NCBI GenBank assembly: GCA_903899655.1
Contig: CAIUKF010000017.1
Span: forward strand, 50,586 to 114,585
Direction of reading: 5' to 3'
DNA from: an uncultured bacterium
Lineage (GTDB): Bacteria > Patescibacteriota > Saccharimonadia > Saccharimonadales > Saccharimonadaceae
DNA: 64,000 bases
The translations under genes and the position numbers were made by a program. Position 1 is the stretch's first letter, and each line of letters begins with the position of its first letter. This document shows, in pieces, positions 54,947 through 63,966 of the stretch. Below the pieces are notes generated by a model that did not search any database, was not told the origin of the DNA, and saw nothing but the letters and a program-made list of their open reading frames with translations.

Positions 54947-55255
54947 ATGGAAAATTATAAAAAATTCAATTGGAAAAAAGTTGAAGACGAAGCTGATCTT
55001 TCGTTCTATGAGGTATCGTTAATACTTAACGATTGTTTGAATATGGCCATAAGCATCGCAAAGAATGTCTATAGAAAAGAGATAGAAAATAATATTTTTG
55101 ATTGGTTTATAGAATATGAGAATGAAGCAATTGCAGAGATTGCAGAAGGCCCCTATCTGACTTTTCAAAAAGAGTCTCAAAAGGCTGTTGTCTTCAAAGA
55201 AGCTCGCAGATATATGCGAGCGAACATTGGAGTACCCCAGGGTGTTACTGAATAA
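54947..55255 (+). CDS. Hypothetical small protein, cassette paralog 1 (102 aa)
   Basis: The ATG at 54947 (MENYKKFNWKKV) lies inside the inverted-repeat-bounded unit. It is a paralog of 55454-55795. Confidence 0.55.
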   Translation: MENYKKFNWKKVEDEADLSFYEVSLILNDCLNMAISIAKNVYRKEIENNIFDWFIEYENEAIAEIAEGPYLTFQKESQKAVVFKEARRYMRANIGVPQGVTE

Positions 55256-55256
55256 T

Positions 55257-55340
55257 CATATGACAGCGCTCTCGACCGCGCCGTCATATGGTACAGGCAA
55301 ACAGCTGACTCCCGCACGACATACATAAAATAATCCGATT
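55257..55340. repeat. Post-stop hairpin plus cassette right arm 1
   Basis: Hairpin CATATGACAGCGC-TCTCGACC-GCGCCGTCATATG (55257-55290), then CACGACATACATAAAATAATCCGATT (55315-55340). Confidence 0.7.
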
Positions 55341-55377
55341 TAGAATGCCTAGATACTTATGTTAGAGTTATTTAATA

Positions 55378-55408
55378 AGTCGAATTATTTTAGTGTCCTG
55401 TGGTCGAG
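55378..55408. repeat. Cassette inverted repeat, left arm 2
   Basis: AGTCGAATTATTTTAGTGTCCTGTGGTCGAG. Confidence 0.7.
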
Positions 55409-55453
55409 CGTAGGGCAATTATGTTTTATAATAATTAATAAAATACCAAATAT

Positions 55454-55795
55454 ATGAACAACAAAAATACAATTGTGAATACTGAGGAGATTGATCAAAC
55501 CAGATTCAATTGGGATAAAGTGTCAAAAAAGGCAAACCTCCACAGATTTACGATTTCAGACATACTAAACGAGGTTGTTGATATCCACATCAGTGTGGCA
55601 AGAAATGTTTACAAAGATGATATCAAGAATGGTATCAATAAATGGTATAAAAGTTTTGAGAAAAGGTCAATCCCTAGTCTTCGGAGGTATTTGAGATATA
55701 GTACTGACGAAGAAAAAAAAGTTGTTTACAAAGAAGTAAAAAGATATATGAAGGCAAACATTTTTTATGGTATGCCTTCAAAGAAAATTAAATAA
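55454..55795 (+). CDS. Hypothetical small protein, cassette paralog 2 (113 aa)
   Basis: Shares FNWxKV, ILN, NVY and VV(F/Y)KE(A/V)(R/K)RYM(R/K)ANI with paralog 1. Confidence 0.55.
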   Translation: MNNKNTIVNTEEIDQTRFNWDKVSKKANLHRFTISDILNEVVDIHISVARNVYKDDIKNGINKWYKSFEKRSIPSLRRYLRYSTDEEKKVVYKEVKRYMKANIFYGMPSKKIK

Positions 55796-55799
55796 TTAT

Positions 55800-55880
55800 A
55801 TGATGGCGCACTCGACCGCGCCGTCATGTAATGTAGGTATTGAGGCGACTCCCACAGGGCACATTAAAATAATCCGATTT
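55800..55880. repeat. Post-stop hairpin plus cassette right arm 2
   Basis: Hairpin ATGATGGCGC-ACTCGACC-GCGCCGTCAT (55800-55827), then GGCACATTAAAATAATCCGATT (55858-55879). Confidence 0.7.
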
Positions 55881-56039
55881 GTTAGTTTCTAAAATACATA
55901 AACTATGGTTTATGTATTGAATGAAATTATTTGAGCAGTTTTTAGGCATGTTCAGAACCTTATGGGGTGTCACCCTGCTAATAATAAATACCTCTTAAAA
56001 TATAATATTATTGCTATGATTAATATCAGGAGTGTATTT

Positions 56040-56285
56040 ATGAAAAAGACCAACGATACATATTGCATCGTGTTCAAAGTAAATAATATAACTGAACGTT
56101 ATTATCGCGACAAAGAAGGCTGGCTAAAAATTAGCAATAAAGGTCGCGTTTTTCGTGCTACGGCCGAACAAGTTATGAACCATCTGTTACCAGCCTTAGC
56201 CTTCAGCGACAAACTCGGCCTGACAGTCACAGTTGAACATTATGAAAAACCTTATTGGCAAACCCTAGAAGTTAGGGAAGAATAA
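56040..56285 (+). CDS. Hypothetical protein (81 aa)
   Basis: ATG at 56040, 7 nt after an AGGAG Shine-Dalgarno. The ORF-track start at 55962 has no Shine-Dalgarno. Confidence 0.5.
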   Translation: MKKTNDTYCIVFKVNNITERYYRDKEGWLKISNKGRVFRATAEQVMNHLLPALAFSDKLGLTVTVEHYEKPYWQTLEVREE

Positions 56286-56300
56286 TCTGCAGATAATTAT

Positions 56301-56864
56301 TTAGATTTTGCCAATCAAATCAACACCAGGTTGTAAAGTTTCATCACCTGGTTGCCAGTTGGCAGGGCAGACGTTGCCACCGTGTTCACGAACAAATTTG
56401 GCCGCTTGCAATTTACGTAGCATTTCTTTGGCGCTGCGACCGATGTCATTGTTATGAATTTCGATTGTCTTTAACACGCCATCTGGGTCAATAATGAAGG
56501 TTCCGCGTAACGCCAAACCTTCTTCTTCGATATAGACACCAAACATTTTTGAAACTTTTCCAGTTGGATCGGCCAACATTGGATATTCAATCTTGCCAAT
56601 AGCAGGTGATTCGTCGTGCCAAGCTTTATGAACAAAGGCTGTATCAGTGCTGATACTCATAATTTCGCCACCCAAATCTTGAACTTGTTCGTAATATTCA
56701 GCTGCGTCTTGTAATTCAGTTGGGCATACAAATGTAAAATCGGCTGGATAAAATATCAAAACAACCCATTTACCTTTATAATCAGACAACTTAATTTTAT
56801 TTATGTCGCCTTTGTAAAAAGCGTCTAATTCAAATTCCGGTACAACTGCATTAATATTTATCAT
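56301..56864 (-). CDS. Peroxiredoxin (AhpC/Prx1-type 2-Cys)
   Basis: 187 aa with the peroxidatic motif FTFVCPTE and a resolving Cys in GNVCPANW. Confidence 0.92.
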   Translation of the reverse strand: MININAVVPEFELDAFYKGDINKIKLSDYKGKWVVLIFYPADFTFVCPTELQDAAEYYEQVQDLGGEIMSISTDTAFVHKAWHDESPAIGKIEYPMLADPTGKVSKMFGVYIEEEGLALRGTFIIDPDGVLKTIEIHNNDIGRSAKEMLRKLQAAKFVREHGGNVCPANWQPGDETLQPGVDLIGKI

Positions 56865-56986
56865 AATTTTTCTCCTTATTCTGTATAAAGTATATTCTTA
56901 TAAATATCCGCTGTATATAGCTTGCGCATAACAAACCTGAACGTTGATAGGTTATCGAAGATATATTATTTGCTATAATATATCCT

Positions 56987-57424
56987 ATGGAACCTTTCGA
57001 TAAAGTATTTGTTATTGTCTACAGAATTATTGATAATTCATTAGAATTTTTGGCGTTAAAGCCTAACCCAGAGCCAGGCAGAAATACAGATGATTACGTA
57101 ATTACAGGTGGGGTTGAAGATTATGATATTTCTTTTGAAGCCGCAGCACTGCGTGAAGTGGCTGAAGAAATTGGCGTAGTGTCAAATGATATCATTAGCC
57201 TTGATTACACAATTAATTACACAGACCACATAACCCACGAAAAACACGCCGAACATTGTTTTGGTGTAAAAGTTGATGACAGTAAAATCGTATTAAACTT
57301 CGAGCACATTGATTACAAATGGCTTGATAAAAACGATTTTATTAATACAATTTGGTGGGATTACGATAAAACTATACTCGAAAAAATGATTGATACTATC
57401 GAAATACGCGAAACTGTTAATTAA
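56987..57424 (+). CDS. NUDIX hydrolase
   Basis: 145 aa with Nudix box GGVEDYDISFEAAALREVAEEIGV. Confidence 0.8.
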   Translation: MEPFDKVFVIVYRIIDNSLEFLALKPNPEPGRNTDDYVITGGVEDYDISFEAAALREVAEEIGVVSNDIISLDYTINYTDHITHEKHAEHCFGVKVDDSKIVLNFEHIDYKWLDKNDFINTIWWDYDKTILEKMIDTIEIRETVN

Positions 57425-57478
57425 TGATGGTGTTTGTTGTACTTCATTAGATATATAAAAATGGTGTAGAATAAAGCT

Positions 57479-58072
57479 ATGACTAAAGTTGAAGTATTAA
57501 TTGAAGGTTATGCGACAGGTCATAATGACGTTGAAAAAATATCACCATCTGTTGTTTTAATAGAAACTGATAAGAATAAAATAATAGTTGACCCAGGTTT
57601 CAATAGGAAAGAACTAATGGATGCCTTGGCTCACAAAAATATTGCGACTAGCCAAGTTGATTTTGTTATCCTGACTCATACACACCTAGATCACTGCTTG
57701 TTAGTTGGAGCTTTTGAAAATGCAATAATACTGGATAGTAGTGACCAGTTTTTTCAAAATGGCGAAATTAAAAGTCAAGACGAGCACACCTTAGGCCATA
57801 GTATTCAAATAATCAAGACTCCCGGACATGATCAATTTCATTGTTCTGTTGCAATTAACACCGATGATATGGGCACAGTAGTTATTGCTGGCGATATTTT
57901 TTGGTGGACGTCTGATACAGAACCTTCCAAAGATTATGACACTTTACTCGCATTGAATGACCAATACGTGAAAGATAAAGACGCTTTAATTGAAAGTCGA
58001 AAAATAGTTTTACAAATCGCAGATTATATAATTCCTGGACATGGAAAAATGTTCAAAAATATATGTAAATAA
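57479..58072 (+). CDS. MBL-fold metallo-hydrolase
   Basis: 197 aa with HTHLDH, plus downstream TPGHD and IPGHG motifs. Confidence 0.8.
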   Translation: MTKVEVLIEGYATGHNDVEKISPSVVLIETDKNKIIVDPGFNRKELMDALAHKNIATSQVDFVILTHTHLDHCLLVGAFENAIILDSSDQFFQNGEIKSQDEHTLGHSIQIIKTPGHDQFHCSVAINTDDMGTVVIAGDIFWWTSDTEPSKDYDTLLALNDQYVKDKDALIESRKIVLQIADYIIPGHGKMFKNICK

Positions 58073-58122
58073 TATCTACTTTTTTTCTATGCTTTAAATC
58101 TATAATATGCTAATGTTTATTT

Positions 58123-58971
58123 ATGATAAAAAAACAAATCAATGATATAAAACCAAAAGTTTGGCGAATCTTGTTAATCACTGGACTAATCACATACATT
58201 ATCAAAATCTTAGCCACATTTATTAATGGGTTTTTAAATGGCTATCCCGATAGTTACACAATCACAAGCTGGTTTACTGACTTGTCCGTGCCATTAGTTG
58301 CTTTTATTATTGGCATCATTTTGTCTAATTGGAGGCAGCCCAAAAATCGCATTCAATTTGCTGGTGTTTTTGCGATTAATGCATACTTACTGTGTCTAAT
58401 CGGCAGACAATTATTGCCGTATTTAAGTAACGCTTGGGGTCCTTGGGGTATGTTAGTGCAAGAAACCATGCCAGCGATAGTCGTATTATTCGTTCAGACG
58501 GTCATTTCTATAATTCTAATTTTTAGACATAACAAAAAACAGCCAGTCGACCCAAAGTTATTTATCTTAATTTTTGTTTTTATCGCATTATTAGTACAGG
58601 CGGTACAAACTGCTCAGCAATTACCAGCAATGATTAATTTTACATTGCATGCCAATAATATTTGGAATACACCTGTACTGCCAATTGTTATCTGGCTAGT
58701 GTTAGTTGTACCTGTAATTATTTTTGCAGCATTAATAGTGATTAACAGTATATATCTAAAGCCGATAAAAAATATCTTTAATAGGTTATTTTTAGCTAGC
58801 CTTACTGCCGTATATGCGTCCATAGCCATTAGCTCATTAACAATCACCGTTGGATCATTAACCCCTCTTCATGATATCGTGAGCCTTTGGGTCTGTATTG
58901 TTGGCTACTCAATAGGGCTAATATTTGACGTCGTTATTATACAACGCCTTCGTACGCTGTCGGTAAAATAA
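58123..58971 (+). CDS. Hypothetical polytopic membrane protein
   Basis: 282 aa, about 8 hydrophobic helices. Confidence 0.55.
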   Translation: MIKKQINDIKPKVWRILLITGLITYIIKILATFINGFLNGYPDSYTITSWFTDLSVPLVAFIIGIILSNWRQPKNRIQFAGVFAINAYLLCLIGRQLLPYLSNAWGPWGMLVQETMPAIVVLFVQTVISIILIFRHNKKQPVDPKLFILIFVFIALLVQAVQTAQQLPAMINFTLHANNIWNTPVLPIVIWLVLVVPVIIFAALIVINSIYLKPIKNIFNRLFLASLTAVYASIAISSLTITVGSLTPLHDIVSLWVCIVGYSIGLIFDVVIIQRLRTLSVK

Positions 58972-58999
58972 ATTGTATACAGAATTTATAATTCAATAA

Positions 59000-59029
59000 C
59001 AAAATACGCCACAATAAAGTGGCGTATTT
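59000..59029. terminator. Bidirectional terminator
   Basis: AAAATACGCCAC-AATAAA-GTGGCGTATTTT. Confidence 0.7.
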
Positions 59030-59045
59030 TGTTATTTAGCGACAC

Positions 59046-59243
59046 CTAAAGGTTTATCAACCAAATAAATACACCAATCGAGACCATGGTTAGTGCGATA
59101 AACAAACCGAGTCCAACAGGTGAGCCCCAGCTGAACCACGAGCCCCATGCTCGCCAGTGTTGTACTGGCCAACCATAGTTTTCACGATAGCTCTTCCATT
59201 CTTCAAGCTGTCTTTTGGTTTTTTCTTCTTTCGTTTCTTTCAT
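59046..59243 (-). CDS. Hypothetical small membrane protein (65 aa)
   Basis: ORF with a Trp-rich segment and one transmembrane helix. Confidence 0.45.
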   Translation of the reverse strand: MKETKEEKTKRQLEEWKSYRENYGWPVQHWRAWGSWFSWGSPVGLGLFIALTMVSIGVFIWLINL

Positions 59244-59445
59244 ATACTTTTTCCTTGTATAAATTTAGATTAATTTACTCGACCCATAAATTAATGCTTT
59301 CAGATGAAACCGCAGCCTCTTTATGTCCAAGCAAGACGAGGGTTGTATAGCGGAATTGTTTCATAATTATAATATCAGTAACGATAAAGCCCGTCCAATG
59401 TATTTGCAATAAATACTAATTGGCATTTATTGCTATAATTCATAC

Positions 59446-59877
59446 ATGAATCAACAAGAATGGGAAGCATCAATCGAAAAAGCCGCTATAGTATCAGCCT
59501 GTCTAATCAAAAAAGATAATAAGTATTTATTGGTTCAAGAAAGCCAGCCTAAAGCATACGGCCTGTGGAATTTGCCAGCCGGCCATGTCGATAAGGGTGA
59601 AAAAATACGCGAAGCTGCTATCAGGGAAACAAAAGAAGAAACAGGTTTTGATGTAAAGCTTATAAATGAAGTTGCTATCTTACACGAAGAATCACATAAT
59701 GCCGTAAAGCATATTTTCACAGCTGAAATTATTGGTGGCGAGCTTACCATCGAAGAAGACGAAATTTTAGATATAAAATGGCTAACATACGATGAAGTCA
59801 AAGAATTAAATAACTCCGGCAAACTTCACCGTCCATGGGTTTGGGATATAATCAACAAAGACCATGTTACTAGTTAG
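59446..59877 (+). CDS. NUDIX hydrolase
   Basis: 143 aa with Nudix box [22 protein letters not shown]. Confidence 0.85.
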   Translation: MNQQEWEASIEKAAIVSACLIKKDNKYLLVQESQPKAYGLWNLPAGHVDKGEKIREAAIRETKEETGFDVKLINEVAILHEESHNAVKHIFTAEIIGGELTIEEDEILDIKWLTYDEVKELNNSGKLHRPWVWDIINKDHVTS

Positions 59878-60000
59878 ACTAGTTTAATCTAGACCAATAT
59901 ATATTTTTCTACGATCACAGTTATAAATTGACAATTAGCATATGTTATGTCAATATAGTTGTATAAGTTTTCTATTTAGAAAGTTATATAAGTACATTAA

Positions 60001-60034
60001 CAAATCATATTATTTTAGGACATGTCGATGTGTC
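60001..60034. repeat. Cassette inverted repeat, left arm 3
   Basis: AAATCATATTATTTTAGGACATGTCGATGTGTCC is complementary to 60641-60677. Confidence 0.6.
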
Positions 60035-60133
60035 CAACCTTAATTAACCAATATAAATATAATCAGTCAAAGGCTAAATGATATAGGAATATATTCTATA
60101 TTCTATATTCGTTAGTTCAATGATCAAAAAAAC

Positions 60134-60544
60134 ATGGACAGTTACGACAGACTAATGTTATTAGGTACTAGTATAAGATTGCTGGTATCCAGTTTTGTTT
60201 CGTCTTTAGTATTAGTAATTATTGGATACGAAGTAATTAATTTTTGTTTCAATTTCTGGAAACTAACATTAATAATCACTATATTAATATTACTGATAAA
60301 ATTTGCAAAACGCGGCATAATAGCGTTGATTGAGGAAACATATAAACTTAAAAGACCAGGTTCTTTAGGTGTATATATAATCAATGGGGTTACAGCGACC
60401 GTATTTGCAAGTGCCTTTTTGTTATATATTAATAATAATATAACAAATACATTAACAGCTGTGGATAGTTTTATTATTATAGGCTGCTACGTAATTTGTA
60501 GTATAGTTGTTAGTTCTGTACAGAGTGGACCGCCACTTGGTTAA
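60134..60544 (+). CDS. Hypothetical membrane protein (136 aa) inside the third inverted-repeat-bounded unit
   Basis: ORF with four hydrophobic helices. Confidence 0.5.
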   Translation: MDSYDRLMLLGTSIRLLVSSFVSSLVLVIIGYEVINFCFNFWKLTLIITILILLIKFAKRGIIALIEETYKLKRPGSLGVYIINGVTATVFASAFLLYINNNITNTLTAVDSFIIIGCYVICSIVVSSVQSGPPLG

Positions 60545-60640
60545 TGTCAACAAATATTGGATCTCTTGCTAGGCAAGAGATCCCGATGCTGCAAAATTAG
60601 ATTGAGTTAATGTCGAGCTTTCGCTCCGTTAACTGCAGAC

Positions 60641-60677
60641 ACACCGCACTACGACATGTCAATAAAATAATCTGATT
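60641..60677. repeat. Cassette inverted repeat, right arm 3
   Basis: ACACCGCACTACGACATGTCAATAAAATAATCTGATTT. Confidence 0.6.
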
Positions 60678-60691
60678 TGATATATTTATAA

Positions 60692-60715
60692 ATAGAGCCT
60701 CAGTGGGCTCTATTT
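60692..60715 (+). terminator. Terminator
   Basis: ATAGAGCC-TCAGT-GGGCTCTAT hairpin followed by TTT. Confidence 0.6.
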
Positions 60716-60762
60716 TGTATTAAAACTCATATATGTAAACAAGTTTGTTATTATATATTCAG

Positions 60763-61362
60763 ATGAAATTACAAGTTACACTTCCGACTGATCACAAACT
60801 GCATCGTTTTTGTATTGAATGCAATGCCGATGGCGTTGAACCGTTATATATTGACGGACTTAAAAAATATTATTGTAAAGTTTGTAAGCAAACTAATAAT
60901 GTATCGATATATTTAGGGCCAACGACCAAAGTTTGGACAGACGATAATATTGAAATATGGCACGAAACAGCTGGTATCTTTGTCCGAAACTCTGAAGGAA
61001 AATATTTGTTTTACCAACGTGACACTTTTCCATATTCATTAACCATACCAGCAGGGCACGTTGACATTAACGACACACCCGAACAATCAGCCAGCAGGGA
61101 ACTGCGTGAAGAAAACAGCATTACCGGCAAATTGACTAAGTTATTTGAAACCGATATCCCAGGGGACAGTTGCAGCGGTGGCGCAGATTTTCACAAGTGG
61201 CACGTCTTTGTAACCGATTTTACCGATGATATCAATAATGTAACCATTTTAGAAGAAGGCCATAGTCCAATTTGGCTGAACATCGATGAAATATTACAAT
61301 GTGATATTACTTTTGCAGTCAGATATATAATCGAAAATTTTAAAGATAAATTTACTCAGTAA
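60763..61362 (+). CDS. NUDIX hydrolase with an N-terminal zinc ribbon (NudC-like architecture)
   Basis: ATG at 60763; CIECNADG...YCKVCKQ, then Nudix box GHVDINDTPEQSASRELREENSITG. Confidence 0.75.
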   Translation: MKLQVTLPTDHKLHRFCIECNADGVEPLYIDGLKKYYCKVCKQTNNVSIYLGPTTKVWTDDNIEIWHETAGIFVRNSEGKYLFYQRDTFPYSLTIPAGHVDINDTPEQSASRELREENSITGKLTKLFETDIPGDSCSGGADFHKWHVFVTDFTDDINNVTILEEGHSPIWLNIDEILQCDITFAVRYIIENFKDKFTQ

Positions 61363-61390
61363 TTAGATGTACGTGTTTATGTTATGATTA

Positions 61391-62074
61391 ATGTTATACA
61401 TGATTACAGTAAATAATTTAACCAAGATATATAAATTAGGCAAAGTTGAAACCAAAGCACTGTCAAGCGTCACATTTGATATCGAAAAGGGCAATATAGT
61501 CGGACTGATGGGCAAAAGTGGATCAGGCAAAACAACATTAATTCGCCAGATGAGTCTAATCGACAGGCCTAACGACGGCAGTATAATAATTGACAACATA
61601 GACGTTATTGGCTTATCCGAAGGCAAACGTTCAAAGCTACGATTAAATACACTTGGCTATGTTTTTCAAGAATATGCACTGATTCCCGAACTAACAGCGT
61701 TAGAAAACGTCTATTTACCAGCAATGATGTTGGGCGCCAACAGCACCGCATACAAACAAAAAGCCAAAGAGTTACTAACAACTGTTGGCTTAGAAAATGA
61801 GATATTTCATTTACCCAAAGAACTATCTGGCGGCCAACAGCAACGTGTCGCGATTGCGCGAGCAATGATTAATAATCCAAAAGTAATATTTGCCGACGAG
61901 CCAACCGCTAATTTGGACAGTATTTCGGCCAAAACTGTCATGGAGACATTACAAAATATGAACAAAACAACAGGTGTCACAATTATCTTTGTGTCACACG
62001 ATCCTGATGACAAAAAATACGCCAATCAACTGATTTTTCTAAAGGATGGCAAAATAACCGAGGAGTATGTATGA
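61391..62074 (+). CDS. ABC transporter ATP-binding protein (MacB/LolD/FtsE-like)
   Basis: Walker [10 protein letters not shown], signature [14 protein letters not shown], Walker B IFADEPT. An alternative start at 61400 is possible. Confidence 0.9.
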   Translation: MLYMITVNNLTKIYKLGKVETKALSSVTFDIEKGNIVGLMGKSGSGKTTLIRQMSLIDRPNDGSIIIDNIDVIGLSEGKRSKLRLNTLGYVFQEYALIPELTALENVYLPAMMLGANSTAYKQKAKELLTTVGLENEIFHLPKELSGGQQQRVAIARAMINNPKVIFADEPTANLDSISAKTVMETLQNMNKTTGVTIIFVSHDPDDKKYANQLIFLKDGKITEEYV

Positions 62075-63288
62075 AATACTTGCGTTCACTTCGCGTTTCG
62101 ATATTTTTGGCGGTTCGTTCATTATGGCGTGGCAACAAAGGCATCACAACACTTACAATCACGATGCTAGCCTTGATATATATCAATTTATTATTTTTGC
62201 CATCATTAATTGAAGGTTTAGGTTATAAAGTCAGCCAACAACTAATTGAGACTCTAACAAGTAATGTGATATTAACTTCATCCAGCAGCAACTCAAATAT
62301 TTCTAACGTCGATGAATTATTAAACAAAGTCCAATCAAACACAGATGTCAGCGGGGCAACGCCTGCACTAAGAATCGGCACCCAAATCAGCAAAGGCGAC
62401 ACATCAAACGTTTGGTCAGTTGATGCAATCGACCCTGCAACATACGGCGATGTCTTTTCGACACCAAATAATATGATTGAAGGTACATTTTTGGATAAAA
62501 CCGACACAGATTCAATCGTACTAGGTGTTGAAATAGCCGGTGCTGGACAAACTGGTCTACAAGGATATGCCGCATCACTGAAAAATGTTCATACTGGTGA
62601 TATCGTTACTATCAGTTTAATAAATGGCAAAACTCATGACTTTACTGTCAAAGGTATATTTAAAAACGACTTTTTACAATCAGATCAAAGAGCATATATC
62701 TCACAAGATGAAGCCTCAGTATTATTGCCAACAACAGTAAACCATGCAACGTCAATTTATGTTAAATCAAAAGGCGTCAACAGTGACATTAGTCTTGGCG
62801 ACAAGCTAATATCAGAACAACCTGGAATAAAATACCAAACATCAGATGACTTGGCGGGCTCAGTCAAAGACCAGTTAAAGACATTTGATTTAATTAACCG
62901 AATTCTGAAAATAATTTCACTTATCGTTGCCTCGATAACTGTATTTATCGTTACCTATGTAGATTTAATCAATAAACGCAAACAAATTGGCATCGAAAGA
63001 GCAATCGGCATTCAGTCCAAAGCTATCATTGGTAACTATTTATTAAAATCGATATTTTTTGCCGCACTTGGAATTGGAATTGGAATTTTAGTCTTCTTGT
63101 ACGTTCTTGTGCCACTTGTCATTCAACACCCTTTCAAATTCCCATACGGTTATGTCAGTTTATACATCGACCAAGCCGCGATGATTCAAAACGCCATAAT
63201 ACTAGCCATCGTGGCATTCATTTCGTCGCTAGTACCAGCCGTTCAATCAGTCAGAATCAAGATACTTGATGCAATTTGGGGAATATAA
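62071..63288 (+). CDS. ABC transporter permease, FtsX/MacB family
   Basis: 405 aa with an N-terminal transmembrane helix, a large periplasmic-type domain and a C-terminal FtsX-like 3-helix bundle; overlaps the ATPase gene by 4 nt. Confidence 0.8.
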   Translation: MKYLRSLRVSIFLAVRSLWRGNKGITTLTITMLALIYINLLFLPSLIEGLGYKVSQQLIETLTSNVILTSSSSNSNISNVDELLNKVQSNTDVSGATPALRIGTQISKGDTSNVWSVDAIDPATYGDVFSTPNNMIEGTFLDKTDTDSIVLGVEIAGAGQTGLQGYAASLKNVHTGDIVTISLINGKTHDFTVKGIFKNDFLQSDQRAYISQDEASVLLPTTVNHATSIYVKSKGVNSDISLGDKLISEQPGIKYQTSDDLAGSVKDQLKTFDLINRILKIISLIVASITVFIVTYVDLINKRKQIGIERAIGIQSKAIIGNYLLKSIFFAALGIGIGILVFLYVLVPLVIQHPFKFPYGYVSLYIDQAAMIQNAIILAIVAFISSLVPAVQSVRIKILDAIWGI

Positions 63289-63335
63289 TCACTGAATAAC
63301 GCTAATATTGAAAAACAGTTATAATAAAATAAAAT

Positions 63336-63911
63336 ATGGAACAATTAAAAACAAAAATCTTATCACTTCCAATCTGGGTGTATGTAATCGGCTGGTTGTT
63401 TTACCTATACCTATTTTTCCAAATCCTTGGTTTTAAGGCTGATAATTCAAATAATGTTATTTTAAGTGGCCTATACTTTGTTGAATTTGGCATTCATGAA
63501 GTGTCGCATATGATTGTGGCGTTTTTGCCTCAAATCTATGTAGCAATTGCTGGATCATTTGGTGAAATAAGTTTTACTTTACTTATTTTGTTCGCCACGA
63601 TAAAGGCAAAATCATATTTTGCCAGCATTTTTGCAGGATTATGGACGATGTTGGCAATGAATTGCGTTGGAATCTACATGTCGGACGCTAGGGCCCAATT
63701 ACTGCCACTGGCAGGCCCTGGTGACAATGTTTATCACGATTGGCACTTTGTATTCGGTCAACTTGATTGGCTGAATTACGATGGCATTATCGGTGGCACA
63801 GTCCGAGGCATTGGTGACGCCATTGGGATTGCAGCTTTAATTTTTGGATTAGTATTGATTATCATTAAAATTAAACAATTACTTACCAATAAATCGAATG
63901 CCACAATTTAA
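63336..63911 (+). CDS. Hypothetical membrane protein
   Basis: 191 aa, 5-6 hydrophobic helices, HEVSH motif. Confidence 0.5.
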   Translation: MEQLKTKILSLPIWVYVIGWLFYLYLFFQILGFKADNSNNVILSGLYFVEFGIHEVSHMIVAFLPQIYVAIAGSFGEISFTLLILFATIKAKSYFASIFAGLWTMLAMNCVGIYMSDARAQLLPLAGPGDNVYHDWHFVFGQLDWLNYDGIIGGTVRGIGDAIGIAALIFGLVLIIIKIKQLLTNKSNATI

Positions 63912-63932
63912 TAATATTATTTAAAAAAGTGT

Positions 63933-63966
63933 GAGCAGGACGTTGTTAAACATCCTGCTCGGTTTT
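63933..63966 (+). terminator. Terminator
   Basis: GAGCAGGA-loop-TCCTGCTC hairpin followed by GGTTTT. Confidence 0.55.

Noticed and set aside
55256-55453. Calling the inter-ORF palindrome an integron attC site
   Set aside because: The size and imperfect-palindrome layout resemble attC. However, I see no clear RYYYAAC/GTTRRRY core pair and no intI-type tyrosine recombinase in the window. This is kept only as an analogy in the finding.
41899-56300. Direct repeat of the tRNA-Trp 3' end marking the far end of the island
   Set aside because: I scanned intergenic regions for GGTTCGATTCCGTG or TACCCCTGCCA-like segments and found none. That is expected for serine recombinases, so the right boundary is left undetermined rather than guessed.
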